Shown one piece after another: positions 1 to 12,698 of a stretch of 64,000 nt of DNA. The first letter of the stretch is position 1. Every line of letters starts with the position of its first letter. The translations under genes were made by a program, and so were the position numbers. The notes below the pieces were generated by a model. That model was not told the origin of the DNA. It searched no databases and was given only the letters and a program-made list of their open reading frames with translations. This DNA is from Octopus sinensis (taxonomy: Eukaryota), in NCBI RefSeq assembly GCF_006345805.1, contig NC_042998.1, positions 101,680,001 to 101,744,000 on the forward strand, given 5' to 3'.

Positions 1-789
1 TTTCCCCTTCAAAATGGGAATAAAAGACAAAACAAAAAGGAAAGATAATCGATCGTATTTAATTCTTAATCTGTTCAAATGACGGAAACTACCCAAGTTC
101 GAGTTATCAATTTATGCTGTATTAGCGAGCCAGAAAAGGGGTAAATAAGTACTAAAACTACAGGAATATTCAATAAATGGAACTTAGAGACATATGGAAA
201 CACCGTATACCTTTACACTCAGAGGAAAAATAAATCCCAAGATAAGGAAAAACAAGAGTGAAAATACAATTCCTGAAACGGTTATCTAGCCATAAGGAGA
301 ATAGTCTCCTTCTCTCCCGTCTCACAGTGTCACTCCATCTGTTACCCCATAAGCAACTATAAGCAACAACAGATAATATACTTAGTCAAGTATGCCGCGA
401 CATTTTTATACTCCTAGGTGAACGATGAAAATTATTGTGTGTATATGTGTATGTTCGTTTACTTTCTTTTCGTAGATGTATATCTTTTGTGTATGTAGGA
501 ACCAATGAGTCGTTATAGTTTCATTTGTATATCTACATGTAATCGTGTATGTATGTATACATATATATATATGTATACATACATTCGCACACACACACAC
601 ACATGTATACATAGCAATACAAAAAGGAGCAACAATACTGGATAATCAGTATACACCATGTGGCAAAATTATGAGTTGAATATATGTGGAAAACATATAA
701 AAAGTGGAAGAGAAATGCCTTCCTTTCACATAGCTTAGTATATTTTCATAACGAATTTATTTATATATATATATTTTATGGATGTCATG

Positions 790-835
790 ATATCCAACCG
801 GTTTTCGCTATTTAAATTAGCTTTTCAAGGGACAT
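790..835 (-). ncRNA. Degenerate type I hammerhead ribozyme motif just 3' of a Penelope-like ORF
   Basis: Minus strand reads ATGTCC-CTTGAAAA-GCTA(ATTTAAA)TAGC-GAAAACCGGTT-GGATAT. Stem I (ATGTCC/GGATAT) and stem II (GCTA/TAGC) pair. The core deviates from CUGANGA. It lies about 17 nt past the stop of the GIY-YIG ORF at 852. Confidence 0.45.
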
Positions 836-851
836 TATGAAATAATCATTT

Positions 852-1450
852 CTAGTGACAACGGCGTCTTGCCATTTTGGATACTTGAAAAGCAAGAATG
901 AGTCTAGAGTGTGGAGAAAGAGAGACATGAGTATAATTCTTGAAATAGGAATGTGTAAGGATCAGGTAGTCAGGTTTGTGTATTAAGGTGTTGTTTCTAC
1001 TTTGTATGAACAGGATTTCCTTGTTTAGGTGTTCTTGTAAGGAGATTGAATTTTTGAATTGGTATAATGGAAAAATATGGAAATTCGGTGTTGTATTTCT
1101 TGCGCATCTGTCGATATGTTCGCTCAAAAATGTCTGCCTGTATTGACGAAAACGAATCTGTTCTTTATGCAGCATAACTCTGCGTCTAAGATTAAGGTCC
1201 GTTTGGCCCACATAATTGTGGCCACAACCTCAGCAGGTTAGGACATAGATAAGTTTCTGGGAAGCACATGTGAAGTTGGTCTTAATTCAGTTAGGTATCG
1301 GCATGTACCATATTTAGGTCGTGTGCATTTTTTAAGTGTTGGTATCGTATGTGTTGAGTATAGCTTTGCATTTGTTAGGAGTCTAAGTGATTTCACTAAC
1401 GAAGAAGCACTATTAGTCTCCTTCGAGGTTATAAACCTCTGCACTAACAT
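852..1450 (-). mobile_element. Penelope-like retroelement remnant: Cys-rich linker plus C-terminal GIY-YIG endonuclease (frameshifted, with a stop)
   Basis: Across frames: KSLRLLTNAKLYS..TLKKCTRPKYGTCRYL, then SQKLIYVLTC*GCGHNYVGQT (GIY-YIG core), then DLNLRRRVMLHKEQIR..LSEHIDRC..FHIFPLYQ..E..FI. This layout matches PLE endonucleases. Confidence 0.85.
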
Positions 1451-1499
1451 TCCACATGAATACAGTATAAAGGAATAAAATTCTGGTTATAAAAATACC

Positions 1500-1690
1500 C
1501 CGAACGTCTCCTGGACCTCATAAAACCAGACTTGTGTCATAGAATCTCTGAAGTTCATCCTACAAAACAATTACATCCTCTTCTATGCAACATACTACCT
1601 CCAAAGATGAGGTATTGCGACGGAAACAAAAGCAGCCCCTGTCCTTGCGAGCCTAATAAGGGGTTTCGTTGAATCTACCCTATATGAACT
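1500..1690 (+). mobile_element. Penelope-like reverse transcriptase fragment, inverted relative to the adjacent endonuclease fragment
   Basis: The plus frame gives ESLKFILQNNYILFYATYYLQR*GIATETKAAPVLASLIRGFVESTLYE, matching the PLE RT motif IL.NNYF.F...Y.Q..G.AMG...AP..ANL.MG..E. Confidence 0.7.
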
Positions 1691-2746
1691 TACCGCTCCA
1701 AAACTTTGTACCCCCATTTTACCAGTATATAAATTACATTATATTATGTAATTTATAAATGTACTGTAACCTCTAATAATAATAAGTAAAAAGAATATAT
1801 AGGATCCACAGCGAATGAAATTAAAAGAAGAATTACCCTGCATTATCAATCCTTTAAAAATCCCAAATTAAGTAATTCGACAGGTCTAAGTAAATATATA
1901 TGGGAATTGAAATCTGCAAAAATAGAATAGACCCTGAATTGGAATATCATTAGTAGAGAGAAGTCATATCGAATAAGTAATAAAATGTGCTTGCTATGCA
2001 CTATTAAGTTTATGAAAATACTCCAGTCGAAAGAAGTATTACTAAACAGTACAGATGAGAGGGAAAACAAATGCCTACACAAAAATAGCTTTACGTATAA
2101 TAAAATGAAAAATATATGAAAATATACCCCCCTCAGTATGTAATCACTTAAACAATTATGGGGAAGATAGTTAAATGTAGTTTTAATAGAATAATATAAT
2201 AGTATTAGATACCGATATACATAAAACCAAGAACAAATGTAAAGAATATTACCTTAAAAAGGATTAGACACGCTACATAAAATTAATCTCTAAATCTTTA
2301 ACATTAGGAAAAAATCCAATTATACCTAAAGAGTATCTTATTATTATCTCCCCTTGAATTCAACTACTCAAATGATATTACTCTTAAAGTCTTTTTTAGA
2401 GTAGTGTATTTTATTCCCATAATACTTAGCGCAGGACAGAAGGTGCAGCAATTTGCACAGGTTAAAGAAGGAGTAAACATGCAGATAAGTGTTCTTCCTT
2501 TGTTAAATGTGGTAATTAGTTTCGTTTACTACAGTTTCATTCAATAAATTTATAACATATAGAGAGGTCGTTTTAACTTTTTTATATATTAATTTACGTT
2601 TGTCATAATAAAGGTAATACATACTAGTTTTATTAAGAGTAAATTTCACAATAAATTATCAATTCCCATAAAGCTTATATAGATAGGCGGTTTAATATGT
2701 CGTGTGTATAAAATAGTCGATGAGGGTTTCTTTATGATTAGCACTT

Positions 2747-2778
<32 letters not shown>

Positions 2779-2890
2779 ATCGCTATTGTATTATTAGGTG
2801 TTTAATTTTATGAAACTTTTATGAATTTTAAAAATTTTATAATTTCATAATTTAAAAAGTCTTTCAATTTTGTAAAAATATATTAGGAAG

Positions 2891-2926
<36 letters not shown>

Positions 2927-3004
2927 TTATTTTTAATCGAAGATATCTTAGAATTTGTAGGATTAAGTTAGATCCGTTAATAATGATAATAAAAAGAAAA
3001 TAGC

Positions 3005-3080
3005 CTGAGGACGCACTGGTGGATTTATGTATTAGATATAGCCTGGTAAAATAAACCAACAGGGAAGAAATACGTGTAGC
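3005..3080 (+). ncRNA. Decayed type I hammerhead ribozyme motif
   Basis: CTGAGGA at 3005-3011, an imperfect long stem II (CTGGTGGATTTA/TAAACCAACAG), then GAAA-T-ACGT-G-TA at 3067-3078. This is one substitution from the GAAACACGTGTA in the intact copy at 26851. Confidence 0.45.
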
Positions 3081-3417
3081 GTTGATTAATACTATCTTCT
3101 TTCCTCACATACTAATAACAGGTAAGGTATATATTTTTTAAATATGCTTAAATAATTTATAATTAATTCTATTGTGCTATATTTCATTGTACGTTATAGT
3201 AGACTTTAAAATGCTTATATTATTAGATTAGTATTTTGGATATAACTTTCTATGTGTACTCCAGAAAATAAGGTTGTCCTGAAATTGTAGTTGTAGTGTT
3301 ATTGGGAAAATCCCAAATTTATAAGACTATAATTGATACTGTTTGCTTTGCATTAATACATTGTAAAATAATAAATATCTTGATAATCTGGAATAATTAT
3401 TATTCACTAAGTTTTTA

Positions 3418-3427
<10 letters not shown>

Positions 3428-3467
<40 letters not shown>

Positions 3468-3495
3468 AATACATGCATATATACATATATATATA

Positions 3496-3558
<63 letters not shown>

Positions 3559-3560
3559 GT
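3428..3560. repeat. (TA)n/(TG)n compound microsatellite
   Basis: Directly visible dinucleotide runs. Confidence 0.95.
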
Positions 3561-3840
3561 CGTTGTCTAGTCCTTATACAGAGTTTGACCTCTCTTGTAC
3601 TTACACGTTAGATTTATAATGGCATATGATGAGGCCTTTTAAACTAATCAATATTTTGAAAAGAAACCACATAAGTTGCATATCTGTTGTGGATCACAAA
3701 ACACGGCAGCTAGCTCCTGATCTTTGTAGATATTTTGGAGACTTTGTTAGATTTGCAGATACAATCACACACACACATATCTATATACCTACATGTGTAT
3801 CTATCTATTGGTCTATCTCTATGTATGTATGGTTGTATGA

Positions 3841-3920
<80 letters not shown>

Positions 3921-4662
3921 TATATATATATATATATATATACCCACACACACAAACACCCACACACACTGCTGATCAGTTATTTAATGTCCTGTAAATT
4001 ATTGGACCTAATAGAGTGAACCACTCAATTTCGTTTACTGTTAGCTCTACATTGTAAACTATCGTGTGCGCATGAGTTTCGAAGCATATCTGTTTATAAA
4101 ACTGGACACATTCTGAATGCTATTTAATAACTAGATATGGGACAGCCATGATGATTGTCTTAGTGTCCTTGGATGTATTTCATGTTTGTTTTACATCTAT
4201 ATCACATTATCAGTAATTCTAATACTACTCATGATATACAACTCACACAAAATATCTACCGATGTCTTCTATACACACTGTAATGAATATTAATATATGA
4301 ATATTTATATCATTGATAAACGAATATTAATATCCTATATATATATCTATATTACCATCAACGAGAATCAATAGAGCGTTGAGCATTATATGTTGAAGTA
4401 TATAGTCATATCTCTATTCGTTCTAAGTTCTTAGGAGATTGTCATCGTCATATAGCTGACCGCATCCTTGATATTTATACGTGGTCTTGTGTAATTTGTA
4501 ATTAAAAAGTGAAACGTTGAGCCAGCTATGAAATCACAATTTGGTCATTTAATCTGCTCAATATAATAGCAAAGGCGCTCATAAATCATAAAATAAAGTC
4601 ATAAATCATAAATTAACGGCACATCGAATAATATAATCTTCGTAATGATATGCCCAAGTATA

Positions 4663-5038
4663 CCGGCGAGCTGGCAGAAACGTTAGCACGCCAGGCGAAA
4701 TGCAAAGCCGTATTTCGTCTGCCGTTACGTTCTGAGTTCAAATTCTGCCGAGGTCGACTTTGCCTTTCATCCTTTCGGGGTCGATTAAAAACGTACTAGT
4801 TACGCACTGGAGTCGATATCATCGACTTATTCCGTTTGTGTGTCCTTGTTTGTCCTCTCTGTGTTTAGCCCCTTGTGGGTAGTAAAGACATAGGTATTTC
4901 GTCTGTCTTTACGTTCTCACTTCAAATTCTGCCGAGGTTGACTTTGCCTCTCATCCTTTCGGGGTCGATTAAATAAGTACCAGTTACGCACTGGGGTCGA
5001 TATCATCGACTTAATCCGTTTGTCTGTCTTTGTTTGTC
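4663..5038 (+). mobile_element. tRNA-derived SINE (family A), full copy plus tandem partial copy
   Basis: A-box-like GGCGAGCTGGCAGAAACGTTAGC, B-box-like GAGTTCAAATTC, and core CCTTTCATCCTTTCGGGGTCGAT..AAGTACCAG present twice. More than 12 related copies occur in the window. Confidence 0.85.
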
Positions 5039-5457
5039 GGGCATTGCATTACTAAATTTTTACTAGCCAGGACATCCACTATTTTACACCAACGAAATAA
5101 ATTCATTCCAGTGGTGGGCGTGACTGACGAATAGCCAAAAAGATACAGAAAAAGAACAAACAAACAAAATTATGTATATACACCTCGTCGAAACACAAAT
5201 ATGCACACAGTCTCACCCAATGCTTGTTTCCCATTTTAGATACTCGCTAATACATTTATGTACACACACACAAGCATATACACATTCATTCTTTATTATT
5301 ATCAGAGCAGCATTCTGTGTTGTTGTATTTTTAATTCAGTTACTTTTCGTTAGCATTTAATGTAATAATTTTATTATTGCTATTTATATTACAATTCTTT
5401 TGTAATTTTGGATCATACGTCTTCCTCTTTCCCTCACTCTTTCTCTCTCTCTCTCCT

Positions 5458-5541
<84 letters not shown>
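5458..5541. repeat. (ATCT)n tetranucleotide microsatellite
   Basis: About 21 perfect units visible. Confidence 0.95.
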
Positions 5542-5542
<1 letters not shown>

Positions 5543-6401
5543 TTATCTGTATATCTTGTATCGCTAATTTTCAAATTGTGTTCATTGTGTTTATAGTACA
5601 CCCATATATGCGCAAAGAGTTACATGTGCGTATATATGCGCAGATGAGCTCGTGCAGGTATGCATCTGATTCGTATACGTATTTAATTCATGTACGTACC
5701 ATTGAAGATCCGGTTCTTTTCGAATAAAATTTACAAAGTTTTTTTCTCATCCTGTCCGAATTGCTGTTAACCTGTGATTGTCTTTAGGAATCTCATTACC
5801 AACTCATGCTCTTGTTTAGATATTGTGATAAAAAAAAACTGAAAAATTATTTAGGTATGCCTACTGATCTAAAGTTTCATCTATTTTAAAGCAGAGGTAG
5901 TTACGATTACTCGAGTTACCTATGAAATAGAAAACTACTCTATCATAAGTTTATATTTAGACGCAGGTGAGCATTAATTGAGGAGATCTCTATCATAAAA
6001 TATCCCTTAAGTGACCTCTCTGTCGTTTTGTATAGAAAGGACTATACTATCCGAAGTGTTCAGGTTCATTTTAGAGGTTTGGCTGATAAAGTACAGCGAC
6101 AGCATAAAATGCCCGCCCATTTGGCCTGCTGTTGGAGGAGCCCTCACAATTAAAGATAAAGTTCATTCAATTCTTTAAAAAGATCTAAAAATTGGTGAAA
6201 TTGTACAAGAGATATTACTCAGTTGAGAGTCATGTCTACATTTTGTCTGTAATACATAGAAGGATAGAAGCGAATTATTCTGCATGAAAAGGGGAGAACA
6301 AGTAGCGAAATGTGGAGCGTTTCAATTTTGCCTATTTATTTAGATGCATCTTTTTTTCAGTCGACGTTTCTCAACAACATCATCATTATCCTCATCCTCG
6401 T

Positions 6402-6406
6402 CGACG

Positions 6407-6440
<34 letters not shown>

Positions 6441-6445
6441 TAACG

Positions 6446-6481
<36 letters not shown>
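6402..6481. repeat. (CAT)n(CAA)n compound trinucleotide microsatellite
   Basis: Directly visible; it explains the poly-I/N, poly-S/T and poly-V/D ORFs here. Confidence 0.95.
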
Positions 6482-7803
6482 CTAGAAGCAGCAGAAGCAG
6501 AAACAGCAGTAACAGCAAACCAACAAGCCAGCAATACTTCTGTCGCTATTACTTCAACAGATGGCTTTCGCTTACGGGCCAGTAAATAACCAATGAAGTG
6601 TACAAACACTTTTGAATCAGCCCACAGAAATTGATAGATTTATATCATATTCAGAGACCTTGAAGTGGAGAAAATGGGCGATTACAAGAGGATCCAATAT
6701 ACATAACAAGTCAATTTCATGTAATCAATGATCAATCGTGTGGCCAATGATCACTCAGCGGAGATGAAAGTACATAATTTAAGGATAGCAAAATTGATGT
6801 TATTCTATGCTACAGTTATCATCTAGAAATGATTAGGAGAGGATGAAATCGATCGAAGTAAACGAAATGCATCATTCAAATAGACTGCACCTCGTCAAAT
6901 CGCCGCTAACATTCCGTTACAAACAGTGCACGCTGAGATATTGAAACTAAAATCTGGGAATAAAATACATGAATTCTCCAAGAAATGTAAGTTGAAAAAT
7001 CTACAGACACTACAGCACTACCAACTATGTTACTACTCTTGTGGCTGTCGATCTTCCGATGGAATCAAGCAATCTGTGTTTCCATTAATACAAAATGTAA
7101 GTCATGATTTTAACTGTAGTATCACCATTGTCAGATGACAAGACTGTTTTGAATTCAGCGCATGAACAAATTTATCCCTTCCGATGCGCTAATAATTTTT
7201 TCAACCCATTGCCCAGCATTGGTATTTAATATTAACGATCCTGAGTGGTTGAATGTCAAAATCGGCTTTAATGTGAGTTGAAAGTAGAGCACAGATACAT
7301 GGAAAGAATATCGCGAGGTCTTCTATGTAATGTTCTAGTCAATCTGTCAATTCACAGATTATGCAAATATTCCATTCGTGACCATCCTATTCTTTTAGAT
7401 GTATTGGACTATATTATTAATAAAAAAGCAATATCGATTAGTTTTGAAGTTGAGAAAGTGGTATTTGAAAGACGTTCTGCTGCTATTTTTCGCAGATCGA
7501 GCGACATGCACAACGACCATCCAGGTTTTACTCTTTATAGAATATTTTAAACAGTGTAAAAGAAAATTGTGTCTGTTCCATTGGTTCATTTACTTTTTCA
7601 TATTCAATGTTTTCTCTTATCAACGTTTTCTTTCGAAATAGCTTTTTACAGCATTGGAATTTCAGTTGTTTGGCTTCGAAACTGAATCTCTTTAATAGCA
7701 TCAGGCGCCCGAGAGCTATTTAAAACACATACATATTATTAACTTCAGGTTTGATTTTATTTTATGGCAGCAATTACATTACATGCCGACCGATATATAT
7801 ATA

Positions 7804-9055
7804 CGAGGGGCGTTAAATAAGTAATGCCCCTGACCCACTTGCAGTTGATCTAGTTGAAATTTTGCATGTGCACATATGTATACCTCTATAGATTAAGTGG
7901 CGAATTACAGCTCTGAACTAATTGTGGTTTCTGATTTACAGGTGTTTGAACTGAGTCAAGTGTGAAATGGAGCCTGTTGAGTGTCGAGCAGTGATCTGGT
8001 TTTTGTATTTGAAAGGACGCACACCACGGGAGACTTTTGATGAAATGAAAATAACTTATGGTGATGATGCCCCATCATATGACCTTGTAAAACGCTGGCA
8101 TTGTGAATTCAAACATAGTCGGAACTCTGTGGAAACAGCTCCCAGATCTGGTCGCCCCCTTCTGCCGTTGATGAGACGTCTGTCCGTCAGGTTGAGGCTG
8201 CCATTTTGGAAGGTCAACGCATAACTATTCGCCAAATAGCCCATAAGGTCAAGATTAGTACCGGGTCTGTGGAAACTATCATTCATGACCATTTGCATAT
8301 GCAAAAGGTGTCTGCCAGATGTATTTTCAGGTTGCTCACACCTTTCCAGAAGCAAGAACGCGTTGAGTGCTCGAGGATGAATTTGGAGATGTGCCAAGAA
8401 GTGGAGTCAAAATTTTCCAAAAGACTGATCACACAGGATAAAACCTGGGTCCATCACTATGATCCATAGACCAAAGCCCAGTCAATGCAGTGGAAAGACC
8501 GTGACTCACCTCCTCCAAAGAAGGCAAGGGTGCAGCCCTCCGCTGACAAGGTTATGCTCACAGTCTTCTGGGACCAGGACGGAGTAGTGATGACAGATTT
8601 CCTGGCAAAGGGTACCACAATTACAGGAGCCTATTATGCTTCCCTTTTGAGGAAATTAAGAGAAGCTATCAAAATCAAGAGGCGGGGCAAGATCAGCAAA
8701 GGCATCCTCCTCCTGGAGGACAACGCTCCGGTCCACAACTCGCGTGTCGCCATATCAAGTACAGGCATGCAGCTATGAACTCCTCCCCTTGCACCCTCTG
8801 ATTTTCACCTCTTCCCAGCCATGAAGTTGATTTTGAAAAGAAAGCGTTTCCCAGACGATGCAGCCTTGATTTCTGAAGTCACGTCGTGGTTGGAGGACCA
8901 AGCTGGGGTCTTCTACAAAAACGGTCTCCAGAGCTGTATCAAACGATGGGAGAAATGCATAACTCTGGGTAGTTCCTATGTAGGAAAATACTAATAACTG
9001 TTGCTCTACTGCTATGGGAAGTGGGTCAGGGGCATTGCTTATTGAACGCCCCTCG
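7804..9055 (+). mobile_element. Mariner (Tc1/mariner) DNA transposon, near full length (1252 bp), defective
   Basis: 37-bp TIRs at 7804-7840 and 9019-9055 with 2 mismatches (CGAGGGGCGTT[A/C]AATAAG[T/C]AATGCCCCTGACCCACTT). Flanked by TA on both sides within (TA)n. Confidence 0.95.
7967..8994 (+). pseudogene. Mariner transposase pseudogene
   Basis: HTH region (MEPVECRAVIWFLYLKGRTPRETFDEM..APRSGRP), ITQDKTWVHHYDP, KVMLTVFWDQDGV, LLEDNAPVH and LAPSDFHLF. It is split over frames, has an in-frame TAG at about 8467, and lacks the HPPYSPD segment before LAPSD. Confidence 0.92.
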
Positions 9056-9481
9056 TATATATATATATAAATTAATAATAATAATATTGGGGAATAAAGT
9101 TCGTTTAAGTTTGTGTCTTTGTATTTTTGAAATTAGCTATTTCATCTTTAAATATGAAAAATTAATTTATTAGGTCTTTATTATATGTGCATATACATTT
9201 ATTTATAGAGATTATTTTAGATCTTAATTATAATAGTTATATACATTTATATATTTTCATTGATATTTTTAATTTTAAAAATATTTATGTAATTAGATAT
9301 AGACTATTACCTATATTAGATTATTAATATTTAACATTATAATCGATTTTGATATAATCATAATTGTTAAGTTTTAAGTTTCTAGTTTGATAATAGAGTT
9401 TATTATAAGTAAAATTATTATATCATTTATATCTTAAATATATTGTATATTTCTGATTATTTTAAAAATATTTCAATTAAC

Positions 9482-9568
9482 CTGAAGATTGACTGTAACC
9501 ATAACTCGAATTATTAATTGAATTTAAATTATTGTTATTCGAATTGGTACAGCCATGAAACGATCGTA
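9482..9568 (+). ncRNA. Type I hammerhead-like motif with intact core and weak stem I
   Basis: CTGAAGA (9482-9488), T, long stem II (TGACTGTAACC/GGTACAGCCA with inner TCGAAT/ATTCGA), T, then GAAAC-GATC-GT-A (9557-9568). Confidence 0.5.
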
Positions 9569-10536
9569 GTGTTTTACTCTTTATATTTTATTAAACGTTT
9601 AATACTTTTGACATTAAAAAAAAAATTAATTAATTAATTAATAAAATAATATATAAATATAAAAATATACATACATACATATATATATATTTGTATATAT
9701 ATATAAAATTTATAAGTTTAAATTATTTAAATAACTTTTTATTTTTAACTTTTATATTTTTAAATTAACTTTATGTATTGGCTTATGCTTTTCACTGTTT
9801 GATTTGCCTAATAGTGGTTTTATCTCTAATTTAATATAATATAATATAATATAATATAATATATATATATATATGGGTGTGTGTGATTGTGTATAGAAGA
9901 ATATATTAGTAAAAGGAATTCCAGCCTTGTCTGATTCTCACGTTTTATTTACAATCTTATAATGATATAATATAAGATAATATAATATGATAAAATAAAA
10001 TAATAGAATGTTAAATGTTCATTCTGATTGAACTAATACTTTCATGCATTAAATTATGCAATCTTCAGGTGACAGTCATGCTTCACAATTTTAGACTGTA
10101 GCGAGATGGTTATATATGTGCCTTAAATACACCTGTGTAGGCTCCAGATTGCTAGGTTTTGCAAACTGTATTCTGACCAATAAGTGTGCAGCATCAGTCA
10201 ATTATTTAAGCTGATTGGTTTAGGCGTCACGCTTTGTTGAACATGTCAAGAGTCCTGTATCTTAACCCTGGCCGAGACAGCAATTGTTGGGCTATTTTTA
10301 GAAATGTTGTGAATAGCCTTTGTCAGGGATTTATATATTTCAATTGTCATCATCATCATTGTCAGCCCCTTAATTATTGTTGCTAGTGGTGATGGTGGTG
10401 GCAATAGAACTTTTAACCCTAAATAAGATAATTTTCCTGCTATCTTCATCTTGATCACATTTAGTATTGTTGTTGTTGTTAGTGGTCATGGTCGTAGCAG
10501 TAGAAGTAGTACCTCTAAGTATTATTATTATTATTA

Positions 10537-10800
10537 TTATTGCTTATTTGGCTTGGGTTCGAATTTATCAATAAAATTATTTTCTCTGATTTTCCTCTCG
10601 ATTTCACTTGGGCTGTGTAATTCGTAGAATGGAAATAATATATATATTTTCCGACCACATGTTACTAGGTGGGTACTCAAAGGTATCTGACGGATCTCTG
10701 GGTCTCTAATCTGTTGTTGGTGTACACGTGAGCGTTCTGATAGTGCATTTCCCGTCTGACCTACATATATTTCTTCACAATTTGGGCATGGAATTCCTTT
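10537..10800 (-). mobile_element. 5'-truncated Penelope-like element, GIY-YIG endonuclease end
   Basis: [69 protein letters not shown], lying between (TAT)n and (TA)n tracts. Confidence 0.85.
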
Positions 10801-10802
10801 TA

Positions 10803-10886
<84 letters not shown>

Positions 10887-10927
10887 GTATATGTATGTAT
10901 GTATGTGCATGTGTATATGTACGTAAT

Positions 10928-10964
<37 letters not shown>

Positions 10965-12360
10965 ATGTGTGTGTGTGTCTGTGTAATTTGGCCCTATTAG
11001 TCTTCTGTGCGTCATCGCCTTCTCCTAAATTATGTATTTAGAATAAATATATAACACAATTTTCCAAAGCACCAACAAATGCGAGACAATACCTTAACAA
11101 ACAAAGTGAATCCTTCGATAATATAAAATCCTGTAGCAAATACAGTTGTAAAAAGTGAAAGTTAGTGTTGAACAAATTTGAGTGGATAATCGTTGCATGG
11201 TAAAAACGCAATTAGTTAAGGAAAGGGAAACCAGCATATCAAAGAACTGCATGATCAACTTTACAACTTCTGGAAACATCCTGTATGTTGAAATGCTGTA
11301 GAAAGTTAATGCTGATATATAAGAAAATAAACAACAATAAAATGTAAAATATTACTATTTGCCTAAAAAGAAAATGAATGAAAAGAATACTTGACTATAC
11401 AGTCTTTCCACATACACACACACACATACACGTGCACGCGCACAGACATACACACACAGATGTAGTTGTAACCGCCATCATCATCATCATCATCATCATT
11501 ATCATCAAAATACACAGACTAGAGAATCTAGAAGAAGAGTAGTAGACGGAACTTTCTCCCTCTCATGTTTTCCCTTCCTTCTAATCATTCTCATATTTTC
11601 CACCATTTCCTCCCTATCAATTCCCTAATATAAATTTCGACAACCGCACAACTTTCGCGTATTTATATACTCCCTTATCAGGAGATTTACTAAGCAAGAT
11701 CTTGTTCACTGAAGGAGGTTGTCATATGGGCGAGTTAGATGATAAAACCCCTTCATTTCTCACCTTTTGACAATCAACAGTCTCGTTTCGTGGTTGACAG
11801 TCCTACCAGAATTTATTTCTTATTTATCAGTTTGATATCTTGTATATGATATACGGAAATGTTTTCTACAACGCTTCATGTCGCATCTCTCTCAGAATTT
11901 GAGAACGTAACAGTTCAGGCGCTCAACGATAAAGTAGAACTCAAATTATTATTACTCTCAAAAATAGATTGGTCTTTGTTCTATATTTATTGTTCAAACA
12001 GGAGCTAATTTTCTCAAGGTAAGATCCTGATGCAGTTTAGCATTTTCAATTCATTTTTGTTGCACATACCTCTTTAATTAGACGGCCGTTTTTGTCTTTG
12101 TTTCATTAATTATTACACCCAGCACATTATGCCCTTCGTTAAAGGGACTTGACACTCTGGCTCATTCCATCATTGCACAACCCGTAACAATACCGGATAG
12201 ATTGCATACTATTTTGCAACTACCTTTTGCAGGTTTAGATAAATGTGTGCGTCTCCAGTGCTGTAGCGCTCAGTAATGCCTTTGCACCTATAAAGTTTTG
12301 CCCAGCTTAATTGAAACTATCTGTTTCTTTAGTCATTCGAGCGCGGATAAATATATTTAG

Positions 12361-12698
12361 AGAGGACAAACAGAGGGATTAAGTCGATTACATCGATCCC
12401 AGTACGTAACTGATACTTCTTTAATCGACCCCGAAAGGATGAAAGGCAAAGTCGACCTCGGCAGACGAAATACCCATTTCTTTACTACCCACAAGGGGCT
12501 AAACACAGAGGGGCCAAACTAGTATAGACAAACAGAATAAGTCGATTATATCGACCCTAGTGCGTAATTGGTACTTATTTAATCGACCCCGAAAGGATGA
12601 AAGGCAAAGTCGACCTCGGCGGAATTTGAACTCAGAACGTAACGGCAGACGAAATACCGCTAAGCATTTCGCCCGGCGTGCTAACGATTCTGCCAGCT
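12361..12698 (-). mobile_element. Family A SINE, tandem dimer
   Basis: Reverse complement of the 4663-5038 element, with CGACCCCGAAAGGATGAAAGGCAAAGTCGACCTCGG present twice. Confidence 0.85.
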
